Shown here piece by piece: positions 56,410 through 64,000 of a stretch of 64,000 nt of DNA. The DNA is taken from positions 24,500 through 88,499 of the IMG/VR virus record IMGVR_UViG_3300020469_002640, one strand, 5' to 3'. This stretch comes from a virus. Made by a program: the position numbers and the translations under genes. Position 1 is the stretch's first letter; the number at the start of each line of letters is the position of its first letter. The notes under the pieces were generated by a model. The model did not search any database, was not told the origin of the DNA, and saw only the letters and a list, made by a program, of their open reading frames with translations.

Positions 56410-57578
56410 TGCATGAAGTTAAAGATAAAGAGCAAAAAAAAGCACTAAATGCTTGGGCTAAAAACGGGTACTGTGGTAGTATTATTGCAGGCACCGGTTT
56501 TGGTAAGTCTAGGTGTGGCGTTCTTGCTATATGCCATATTTTAGATAAAAACTATGCTAACTGGGAAGTTACTGCTGACCCTGCTCTTATACTTGTGCCA
56601 ACTGTACAGCTGCAAAAGCAATTTAAAGAAGAATTTATAAAGTGGGACAAAGAGGAATATCTTAAAGATGTAGAAATACTTTGTTATCAAAGTGCTTACA
56701 AACTTAAAGGTATTGACTACTCGATTGTAGTCTGTGACGAGGTACACCTCGGCCTGTCCCCACAATATAGAAAATTCTTTGAAAACAATACATATCAGCA
56801 CTTATTGTGCATGACTGCTACACTACCAGAAGAGTATGAATATAATTTAAAATTACAGCAAATTGCACCTATAAATTATAGGATTACACTTGATAAATGT
56901 GTATCTTTAGGCCTTGTTTCTCCATACGAGATTCATTGTATTCCTGTTGAACTTACAGATAGTGAACAGGCTGATTATAAGAAGATTAACAACAAGTTTA
57001 TCTACTGGAAATATCAGCTAGGGAACTTTGACGCTTTTGATGAAGCTAAAAGAGTCCTTGCAGATAAGTCAGCAGCACCTGAAATGAAGCAGGCAGCTGC
57101 ACAATTTTATGCGTGTATTAGAAATCGCAAAAAGATTGTTGATTTTGCTAGTCAGAAAGTATATGCTTTGCAAAAACTTGTAGTTAAAAATGTAGGAGAA
57201 AAGATACTAGTATTTGGAGGCGCTAATGCTTTTACTAATGAATTAGCAGAAGCAAATGAGCCATTTTCTACAGTGTATCACAGCGGTAAAACAAAGAAGC
57301 AGAAAGAGCAAGCTATTAAAGATTTCAAAGATGGTACTAAAACTGTACTTTGTAGTACTAAAGCCCTAAACCAAGGATTTGATGTGCCTGACGCAAGTAT
57401 AGGTGTAATCTGTGGTTTGACTAGTAAGTCGTTGTCTATGATACAACGTGTAGGTAGACTTATTAGATTTCAAGAGGATAAAGTTGGTAAAATTTATATC
57501 CTATATGTAAAAGATAGCCAAGAAGAAAAATGGCTAACTAGTAGTGTTAAGAACCTTAAAAATGTGAATTGGAAATGA
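56409..57578 (+). CDS. Superfamily 2 helicase (ResIII/UvsW-like)
   Basis: GTGFGKS, DEVH, MTAT, GFDVPD and QRVGRLIR. Start probably at 56409. Confidence 0.9.
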   Translation: MHEVKDKEQKKALNAWAKNGYCGSIIAGTGFGKSRCGVLAICHILDKNYANWEVTADPALILVPTVQLQKQFKEEFIKWDKEEYLKDVEILCYQSAYKLKGIDYSIVVCDEVHLGLSPQYRKFFENNTYQHLLCMTATLPEEYEYNLKLQQIAPINYRITLDKCVSLGLVSPYEIHCIPVELTDSEQADYKKINNKFIYWKYQLGNFDAFDEAKRVLADKSAAPEMKQAAAQFYACIRNRKKIVDFASQKVYALQKLVVKNVGEKILVFGGANAFTNELAEANEPFSTVYHSGKTKKQKEQAIKDFKDGTKTVLCSTKALNQGFDVPDASIGVICGLTSKSLSMIQRVGRLIRFQEDKVGKIYILYVKDSQEEKWLTSSVKNLKNVNWK

Positions 57579-57729
57579 TATTTAAATTACTTGTAATCTA
57601 TTTGTTAATTACTAGATATGTAAACTTATGCGTATCTGATAAAAGTATTTTTATACAAATTAAACAATATGCTTATACAGACACTGACGATGAGTTAGCT
57701 GAGTATACTCGTATTAAACATATTATGTT

Positions 57730-58272
57730 ATGGAGATACAAATAGATGTAAACTTACTTATTGAAGAGGATATAAGCGCAGACGATTTTACTGCGCTTTA
57801 TATTCTCTACAGAAATGGACATGATTTAGTAGAAAAGATGAAACTGAAACCTAATTGGATTGACTTACAGCATAAAGGATTTGTAAAATTAGGAGCATCG
57901 TATAAAACTCATGTTGTAAGACAGAAGTTTATAGACCTATTTACAAGTAATTTTGATAAGATGTTCAACGAGCTTCTTATTAAATATCCTATGAAAGTTA
58001 ATACAAACAGATCAGTTAGAATTTTACATGCTAAAGATCCGTCCTGTAATGCTAACTTAAAAGCTAAGAAAAAGTATCAAAGAATTGTAGGCAATAAGTT
58101 GCACGTTCATAAAAGAATAATGGCATGTTTAGACACGCAATTAGAAATAGAACGTGATAACTTAGGCTATTTACAAAACTTAGAAACTTGGCTTAATAAT
58201 CATACTTGGGAAAAGTATGCAGACATAGATAAAACCAATGATACAGACACAAGAATCACAAGAAAGCTCTAA
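57730..58272 (+). CDS. Putative replication initiator/helicase-loader-like protein
   Basis: 180 aa, F......YP.K...YLQNLETWLNN..WE. Precedes dnaB. Confidence 0.55.
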   Translation: MEIQIDVNLLIEEDISADDFTALYILYRNGHDLVEKMKLKPNWIDLQHKGFVKLGASYKTHVVRQKFIDLFTSNFDKMFNELLIKYPMKVNTNRSVRILHAKDPSCNANLKAKKKYQRIVGNKLHVHKRIMACLDTQLEIERDNLGYLQNLETWLNNHTWEKYADIDKTNDTDTRITRKL

Positions 58273-59182
58273 AATCTTACAAGAAAGAGGATTTCAGAGT
58301 ATTGAAAAGGCTGTTAACCAGTCTATTGCTGTTGTAAAACAAGCAAAGAAAGGAGAAAGAGATGTACTTAAAACTATGTGGCCTAGACTTAACAAAAATT
58401 TGTTAGGCGGACTACAAAAAGGTAAAATGTATGTTGTGGCTGGTCGCCCCGGTGTGGGTAAATCAGCATTTAGTAATCAATTAGTATTTGACTTGTTAGA
58501 TGCAAATAAAAATGCAAAAATAATTATACTGTATTGGACATTCGAAATGCCCGGCTATCAGCAAATTATGCGTTCTGCGTCAAAAGATGTAAAGAAACAA
58601 ATAAGCGATTTATTATCAGTAGACTCACCTCTAACTGATATAGATTTTAGAAATTATATAAGTAAAGTTAAAAAGTACACAGGGTACAATATTCATTTTA
58701 ATAATTACCCTCGTAGTATGGAATATATTATAAACACTAACGAACAATTATATGAAACTGATCCTGACACTATTGTTGTTAATCTGTATGATCATAGCCG
58801 TCTCATTAGCGGTAAGGAAGATACAGAGCTTCGACGATTAAACACTGTGTCTAAAGGTTGTATGCACATGCAATCTAAATTTAATGTTGTTAACATACTA
58901 TTATCTCAGCTAAATAGGAATATTGAACAAGAGCATCGTGCTAAAAATCAATATCAACCTTTGCTAACTGATTTATTTGGAGGCGACAGCATTGGTCAAG
59001 ATGCACATGTAGTTATGATATTAAACAGACCTTTTGATTTGTATGGTATCACATCTAAATATTGTGACGAAGATCCTAAAGGCTTATTAGCCTGTCATGT
59101 AGAAAAAAATCGTGACGGTTTGCTTGGTATGATTAGCTACGAAGCAGACATGAGCACATTCACTATTAAAGAAAGAAGATAA
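58238..59182 (+). CDS. dnaB: DnaB-like replicative helicase
   Basis: AGRPGVGKS, FEM, DH, LSQLNR, IGQDAHVV and KNRDG. Confidence 0.9.
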   Translation: MIQTQESQESSKILQERGFQSIEKAVNQSIAVVKQAKKGERDVLKTMWPRLNKNLLGGLQKGKMYVVAGRPGVGKSAFSNQLVFDLLDANKNAKIIILYWTFEMPGYQQIMRSASKDVKKQISDLLSVDSPLTDIDFRNYISKVKKYTGYNIHFNNYPRSMEYIINTNEQLYETDPDTIVVNLYDHSRLISGKEDTELRRLNTVSKGCMHMQSKFNVVNILLSQLNRNIEQEHRAKNQYQPLLTDLFGGDSIGQDAHVVMILNRPFDLYGITSKYCDEDPKGLLACHVEKNRDGLLGMISYEADMSTFTIKERR

Positions 59183-59183
59183 A

Positions 59184-59882
59184 ATGGAATTACCAAAAAC
59201 TAAAGTAAAGGCGTCTAGAAAGTCGCCAAAAAATATGATAATATATGGTGCACCAAAGATTGGCAAAACTACTGTATTATCACAGCTTGATGATTGTTTA
59301 ATTATTGACTTGGAAGATGGCTCTGACATGGTTGACGCGCTTAAAGTAAAAGTGAACAGCCTAAAAGAGCTTGGAGAAGCCGGTAAAGCAATTCATGAAG
59401 CTAAAAAGCCATATAAATACGTAGCTATTGACACTATTTCTAAATTAGAAGAGTGGTGTGAAGCTGATGCTAAAGTATTATATATGCAAACTCCAATGGG
59501 TAAAAACTTTGAACAAAAGAATCCTGGAGCTTCAGTCTTATCATTGCCAAACGGCGCAGGCTACCTATACTTACGGATAGCATACAAAAAATGGATAGAC
59601 AGACTGAACACTCTAGCCGATCACATTATTCTGGTTGGACACCTAAAGGATAAAATGCTTGAGAAGAAAGGTAAGGAAGTGGCTGTGAAAGACCTCGACC
59701 TTACTGGTAAGATTAAGCAAATTACGTGCGCAAATGCTGACGCGGTAGGTTATTTATACAGAGAAGATGAGAAAACTATGGTCTCATTTGACTCTATGGA
59801 TGACATTACTGCAGGTAGCCGTTGTGATCACTTAAAAGGTAAGACCATGCCTTTAGAATGGTCAGAAATATTTATTGATTAA
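59184..59882 (+). CDS. AAA ATPase (AAA_24/Sak4-like)
   Basis: YGAPKIGKTT, IDLEDGS, AIDTIS, LVGH and DAVGYL. Confidence 0.85.
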   Translation: MELPKTKVKASRKSPKNMIIYGAPKIGKTTVLSQLDDCLIIDLEDGSDMVDALKVKVNSLKELGEAGKAIHEAKKPYKYVAIDTISKLEEWCEADAKVLYMQTPMGKNFEQKNPGASVLSLPNGAGYLYLRIAYKKWIDRLNTLADHIILVGHLKDKMLEKKGKEVAVKDLDLTGKIKQITCANADAVGYLYREDEKTMVSFDSMDDITAGSRCDHLKGKTMPLEWSEIFID

Positions 59883-59901
59883 CGCTTTAAACTAAAAACC
59901 A

Positions 59902-60294
59902 ATGATTGAAGCAAGAACACACCAAGAGAACGCTACTCCAAAAGCGGTTACACCAGAAACTATCACAACATCTATGATTATTGAAGATCTAGAAAATGGA
60001 ACTGATCGCAATGGTATTAAAGAAAAGTATGGATTAGAAAATTGGGAAGTAACACAAATGTTTAAACATCCTGCACTTAAAGGCAAAAAAGCACGTAAAG
60101 TGAGAAAGATGTCTTTTAACTTTGTAGATGACACTTCTACAGTAGATCCTAATCAAACTAGCATTCCTGTAATTGCAGAAGAAAATCCTCATTATGAGAA
60201 TCCTAAGTTTACAAAAGCTCAAGAAGATCAAATGTATGGTCAAGAATGGGAAGATCAAATTCAAGCAGAAACAAATAACCCTTTAAATTTATAA
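59902..60294 (+). CDS. Hypothetical protein
   Basis: 130 aa with helical core and acidic tail. Confidence 0.6.
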   Translation: MIEARTHQENATPKAVTPETITTSMIIEDLENGTDRNGIKEKYGLENWEVTQMFKHPALKGKKARKVRKMSFNFVDDTSTVDPNQTSIPVIAEENPHYENPKFTKAQEDQMYGQEWEDQIQAETNNPLNL

Positions 60295-60296
60295 AA

Positions 60297-61043
60297 ATGG
60301 CAATTAAAAGTAATTCAAGCGAACAAGAAGTATCAGGCGGAGGTATTCAATTATACTCTGGTCTTGCTAACTTTAATGTAATAGCAATTAATCCTACTAT
60401 GTCAGAGCTACATGCTCTTGGAATTAATGTAAAGCAAGATCCTAACTATTATGTAGAATTTAATAGTGAAGAGTATTTTAAACTAACCTTTTGGGTTAAG
60501 AATGCAGACCTTACTACTCGTATGGAAGTTCTTATGCAATCAAAAGAGCAAGTTTCAAAAACAGGTAAATACCGATGGCTAAATAATATTGGCCAAGATA
60601 CATGGTCTTTAGACGTTCCTACGTATGACTGGTACAAAAACCCTGAAACAGCTCGTAAAGCATATACAGGCGAGTACACTTTGATTAATTTTGTTAAAGC
60701 ATGGGCTAACGTTGCTTACGGAGACGAAGTAATGTTTGATACTATGGATAAAATTGTTAAAGGTGACATTACAGAGCTTAAAGCTTTAGTGCCTATGCTA
60801 TCTAACAATCAAGTTAGATTACTTGTAGGTGTTAAAGACGGTAAGTATCAAAATGTTTATCTTCACAACTTTGGTAGAGTTAAACCTCAAAGAGATGACT
60901 TGTTTGTTAAAGCACTTAATGACGAGTACAAAACTTTCAATGCAGAGTTTAATACTGATTTGACGTGGGGCACATTTACTCCGCAACTAGCAGTTGTAAC
61001 TCCTGATGAGGAAACTGTTTCTGAGAACGATACCTGGGTATAG
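60297..61043 (+). CDS. Putative single-stranded DNA-binding protein (crAss type)
   Basis: 248 aa, Y.G....VIAINPT..EL and an acidic C-terminal tail ending in W-V. Located between the AAA ATPase and primase. Confidence 0.6.
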   Translation: MAIKSNSSEQEVSGGGIQLYSGLANFNVIAINPTMSELHALGINVKQDPNYYVEFNSEEYFKLTFWVKNADLTTRMEVLMQSKEQVSKTGKYRWLNNIGQDTWSLDVPTYDWYKNPETARKAYTGEYTLINFVKAWANVAYGDEVMFDTMDKIVKGDITELKALVPMLSNNQVRLLVGVKDGKYQNVYLHNFGRVKPQRDDLFVKALNDEYKTFNAEFNTDLTWGTFTPQLAVVTPDEETVSENDTWV

Positions 61044-61055
61044 TAATTAGAAAAT

Positions 61056-62129
61056 ATGATAAAGAGCAGAGGAAGTGAAGAACATCTGCACACAGATGTA
61101 ATACTCTCTAAGATTAGTGAGTATGATATATTCAAATACTACTGCCCAAATTTCATAGAACTTAACAAAAAGTTTTGTAGTGATTTACGGAAGGACCAAA
61201 AGCCTGGTGTAAGTATTGTTTACTGGAAAGGTAAGCTCTTATACAAGGATTTTGGTCATCCTGATCACACATTTGACTGTTTTAACTATGTTAAGTTCAA
61301 GTATTCTTGCAATTTTATAGAAGCTTTAACTATAATTGACAATGATTTTGATCTTGGATTGACCTCTAAAAATTCTAACAGATTATTTACTATGGGCTAT
61401 ATGGCAGCTATTACAAAGAAGCGTCCTGTAGCGCAAAAAGTAACTATAATTAGAAAAAAATCAAGACCTTGGAATAAATCAGATAAGTTATTTTGGGAAA
61501 GATATTTGATTACTAAAAAGACTTTACTTAAATTTGACGTATCACCTATTTCACATTATTGGATTAATGAAAATAGGTTTAGCTGTAGCGAAACAACTTA
61601 TGCATACAAAATTGGTAGAAAATATAAGATCTATTCTCCTAACGAAGAATACAAATGGTCTAGTAATACTACTAATAAACATGTGCAAGGTTACAAGCAG
61701 CTTCCAGATACAGGAGATTTGCTTATTCTTACTTCTTCTCTCAAAGATGTGATGTGTTTATATGAAATGGGTGTACCCGCTATTGCTTTGCAAAGCGAAA
61801 TGATTATGCCTGACGAAAAACTTATTACACATCTTAAGGCTAGATTTAATAGAATAGCTATATTTTATGACAATGATTTTGATAATCCTAACAACCCTGG
61901 TCAAACCATGGCTGAAAAGATTAGAAATAAATATTATTTTACAAATGTAGTTATTCCAGATGTATATCACTGTAAAGATTTGTCTGACTATATTGCTCAT
62001 TTCAATTCTTATGGAGGCATAAAGGCTCTAATAGAAATGACTATATATGGGAAAATATACAGAAACAATATACAAACTGAAGAAACAAATCATGCCGATA
62101 CGACGAAAAAAAGGAAACAAGAAAGTTAG
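61056..62129 (+). CDS. dnaG: DnaG-like primase (TOPRIM)
   Basis: YKDFG..., KIYSP, ILTSSLKDVMCL, FYDND and KDLSDY. Confidence 0.85.
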   Translation: MIKSRGSEEHLHTDVILSKISEYDIFKYYCPNFIELNKKFCSDLRKDQKPGVSIVYWKGKLLYKDFGHPDHTFDCFNYVKFKYSCNFIEALTIIDNDFDLGLTSKNSNRLFTMGYMAAITKKRPVAQKVTIIRKKSRPWNKSDKLFWERYLITKKTLLKFDVSPISHYWINENRFSCSETTYAYKIGRKYKIYSPNEEYKWSSNTTNKHVQGYKQLPDTGDLLILTSSLKDVMCLYEMGVPAIALQSEMIMPDEKLITHLKARFNRIAIFYDNDFDNPNNPGQTMAEKIRNKYYFTNVVIPDVYHCKDLSDYIAHFNSYGGIKALIEMTIYGKIYRNNIQTEETNHADTTKKRKQES

Positions 62130-62541
62130 AAATGCTACTGCAGCAGTTTACAAAGGATTAAAGTTTAGATCAAAATTAGAATTATTTACTTATAAAAAAC
62201 TTGAAGAAGCAGGTATATCTGCACTGTATGAGAAAAGAAAGTTTGAGCTTTTAGAGGGGTTCTACTTTCCTCATACATGTGTAGAGCCTAATACTCATAA
62301 AGAGTATGTAGACAACACTACTAAAGTTAGAAGTATAACATATACTCCTGATTTTGTAGATCCGCAAGGACAGTGGATTATAGAAGTAAAAGGATTTGCT
62401 AACGATGTCTTTCCTCTTAAATGGAAGATGTTTAAACAGCATATAATGCAAAATGGGTTGGAATATAAACTGTTTCTCCCCAAGAATCAGAAACAAGTTC
62501 TTGAAACAGTAGAACTAATTAAAGAAATGGCCGCTAAATAG
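62092..62541 (+). CDS. PD-(D/E)XK nuclease (DUF1064-like)
   Basis: FRSKLE, ITYTPDF and IIEVKG. Start at 62092 or 62047. Confidence 0.85.
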   Translation: MPIRRKKGNKKVRNATAAVYKGLKFRSKLELFTYKKLEEAGISALYEKRKFELLEGFYFPHTCVEPNTHKEYVDNTTKVRSITYTPDFVDPQGQWIIEVKGFANDVFPLKWKMFKQHIMQNGLEYKLFLPKNQKQVLETVELIKEMAAK

Positions 62542-62551
62542 CGGCTTTTTT
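62530..62551 (+). terminator. Rho-independent terminator
   Basis: GCCGCTA-AA-TAGCGGC-TTTTTT. Confidence 0.75.
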
Positions 62552-62578
62552 ATTGTGTAATATTTAAATAAAAGCTAA

Positions 62579-64000
62579 ATGGCTATTAAAACGATTGACA
62601 AAGAGATCGTAGGAGCAGAGGGTATTGCTAAAAAGATTAACAGAGGCGCTGAAAAGATGGTCTTTGATATTCTACAATCAACACAATACTCTACACCTAT
62701 TCCCTCAACAGTTCGTGAGCTCACAACTAATGCATGTGACGCGCAACGAGAGAAAGAAATTGCTGCAGAGATCCTTAGAGGAAACTCTACAGCAGAAGAT
62801 TACTACATTACCCGTAACGGTGAGCAGTATGAAGACAGTAACTTTGATGCTAGTTATTATGACATAAAGCATTTAAATACAGAAGAAACTCAAGTTTACA
62901 TCAGTTATGAAAAACATCCTGGCGTTGGATATTGCGACAAATTCATCGTTATGGACCATGGTGTAGGTATTGGCGGTCGTAGATTAGAAGGTGTTTTAGA
63001 ATTGGGTTACTCAACTAAGCGTAACACATCAGAGAATTTTGGTGCGTTTGGCTTAGGTGCTAAAGTACCTTTATCTACGGGCGTCGACTTCTACACTATT
63101 GAAACAGTGCATAATGGTAGAAAGATAACATGTAATTGTTACAACTACAAGACAGACTTTACAACTCCCAAGTTTAACAATAATGGAACTATTAACCCTA
63201 GTTTTACTTTGTCTGATGGGAGTGTAGTTTACTACGAGCCTACAGAATCACATAATTATACTCAGATTTCGTTTGGCGTTAAGCGTCATAACAGATCTAA
63301 GTTTCTAGATTCTGTAGAAGAGCAGCTGTTGTATCTTGATAACGTTAAGTTTAGTGTTATTGAGTACTTTGAAGATGGAGAAACTGATATTCAAGAGAAG
63401 AACTTTCAAGCTAAAGTCCTTTTTAACTCTGAGAACCTTATTGTAGCTGACACTTACGTATTTAATAAGCCGCATATTGTGGTTGTTAAGAATAGTGAAG
63501 CTACTACTGGTATTAACTACGGTTTTATTGATTTTCGTGAGTTGGAGATGGAGACACTGTGGGGCCCAATTGCTTTTAAATGTCCTGCTCGCCAAGTTAT
63601 GAGAGATCCTGAGACAGGTAAAGATGTAGTACTGCAAGAAGGTGTGGATGTTACGCCGTCTCGTGAGAAGGTAATATGGAACGACGCTACTAAAGCATAT
63701 GTTCAAGGTGTTATTAAGAAAGCAGCTGCAGAAGCTACTAAACTAATACAGGCAGAGCTTAAAGACACAGACATTGTTCAGTGGCTTGTATCTTGTAGAG
63801 ACATTCTTAGTAAAGCAAATGGATCTTCAACGCTAGGTAGGATTGCTAATATTATTGATCGGCAGTCTATTAACCCTCAGTTTGCACCTGACAAGAGTAT
63901 TAGGTATGCAATGCCTAAGACTTTCTTTAAGGGTATGAATGCCAAGAAGGTTACAAAGATGAGAGATTACAGAACTGGTAAAGACAGTCTTGAAAGAGAT
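62579..64000 (+). CDS. rIIA: rIIA-like protein with GHKL/HATPase domain (runs off the window)
   Basis: Not in the track. MAIKTIDKEIVGAEG...STVRELTTNACDA...DHGVGIG...GYSTKRN...GAFGLGAK...VDVTPSREKV. Confidence 0.8.
   Translation, partial: MAIKTIDKEIVGAEGIAKKINRGAEKMVFDILQSTQYSTPIPSTVRELTTNACDAQREKEIAAEILRGNSTAEDYYITRNGEQYEDSNFDASYYDIKHLNTEETQVYISYEKHPGVGYCDKFIVMDHGVGIGGRRLEGVLELGYSTKRNTSENFGAFGLGAKVPLSTGVDFYTIETVHNGRKITCNCYNYKTDFTTPKFNNNGTINPSFTLSDGSVVYYEPTESHNYTQISFGVKRHNRSKFLDSVEEQLLYLDNVKFSVIEYFEDGETDIQEKNFQAKVLFNSENLIVADTYVFNKPHIVVVKNSEATTGINYGFIDFRELEMETLWGPIAFKCPARQVMRDPETGKDVVLQEGVDVTPSREKVIWNDATKAYVQGVIKKAAAEATKLIQAELKDTDIVQWLVSCRDILSKANGSSTLGRIANIIDRQSINPQFAPDKSIRYAMPKTFFKGMNAKKVTKMRDYRTGKDSLERD

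Noticed and set aside
57575-57745. 56-aa ORF MIFKLLVIYLL... between the helicase and initiator-like genes
   Set aside because: It is open and gap-filling but has no supporting motif, so it could equally be regulatory sequence. Not called.
49315-63706. Minus-strand and alternate-frame ORFs in the replication arm (e.g. 51765-52160, 62625-62867, 63305-63706)
   Set aside because: They overlap well-supported plus-strand genes such as the rIIA-like gene.
1-64000. Stop-codon reassignment (TAG/TGA recoding seen in some crAss-like phages)
   Set aside because: Long genes are intact in the standard code, TAG and TGA both terminate genes, and the only tRNA has a CAT anticodon.

Overview
This window is about 64 kb of a crAss-like (Crassvirales-type) podophage genome, probably infecting an environmental Bacteroidota/Flavobacteriia host. 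It is AT-rich, uses the standard genetic code and carries Bacteroidetes TAnnTTTG promoter boxes. Positions 1-48.7 kb are a minus-strand virion/packaging arm in crAss-like gene order: groES, HU-like protein, terminase, portal, scaffold-like protein, major capsid, ring/auxiliary capsid/hub proteins, tail fibres, M15 endolysin, holin, IHF-like protein, ring, muzzle/stabilisation protein and cargo proteins. Positions 49.2-64 kb are a plus-strand early/replication arm: tRNA-Met(CAT), PolA, DnaA C-terminal-domain protein, SF2 helicase, DnaB, AAA ATPase, SSB-like protein, DnaG, PD-(D/E)XK nuclease and rIIA-like protein. The most striking element is a translationally coupled host-envelope cassette inside the tail module (21.3-25.7 kb). 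It encodes a signal-peptide Cys-repeat protein with a type IX secretion (T9SS) C-terminal sorting domain, an outer-membrane beta-barrel, an exported CxxC-less thioredoxin-fold protein and two small membrane proteins. Other notable signals are a recurrent [YFK]-x-x-G-[GDN]-[FM] motif punctuating putative virion cargo proteins and two tiny basic peptides, a ~270-nt multi-stem RNA candidate ahead of the packaging operon, an array of structured RNA modules near an atypical tRNA, and a conserved tripartite late-promoter motif. All family assignments come from reading motifs and synteny by eye; no searches were run.
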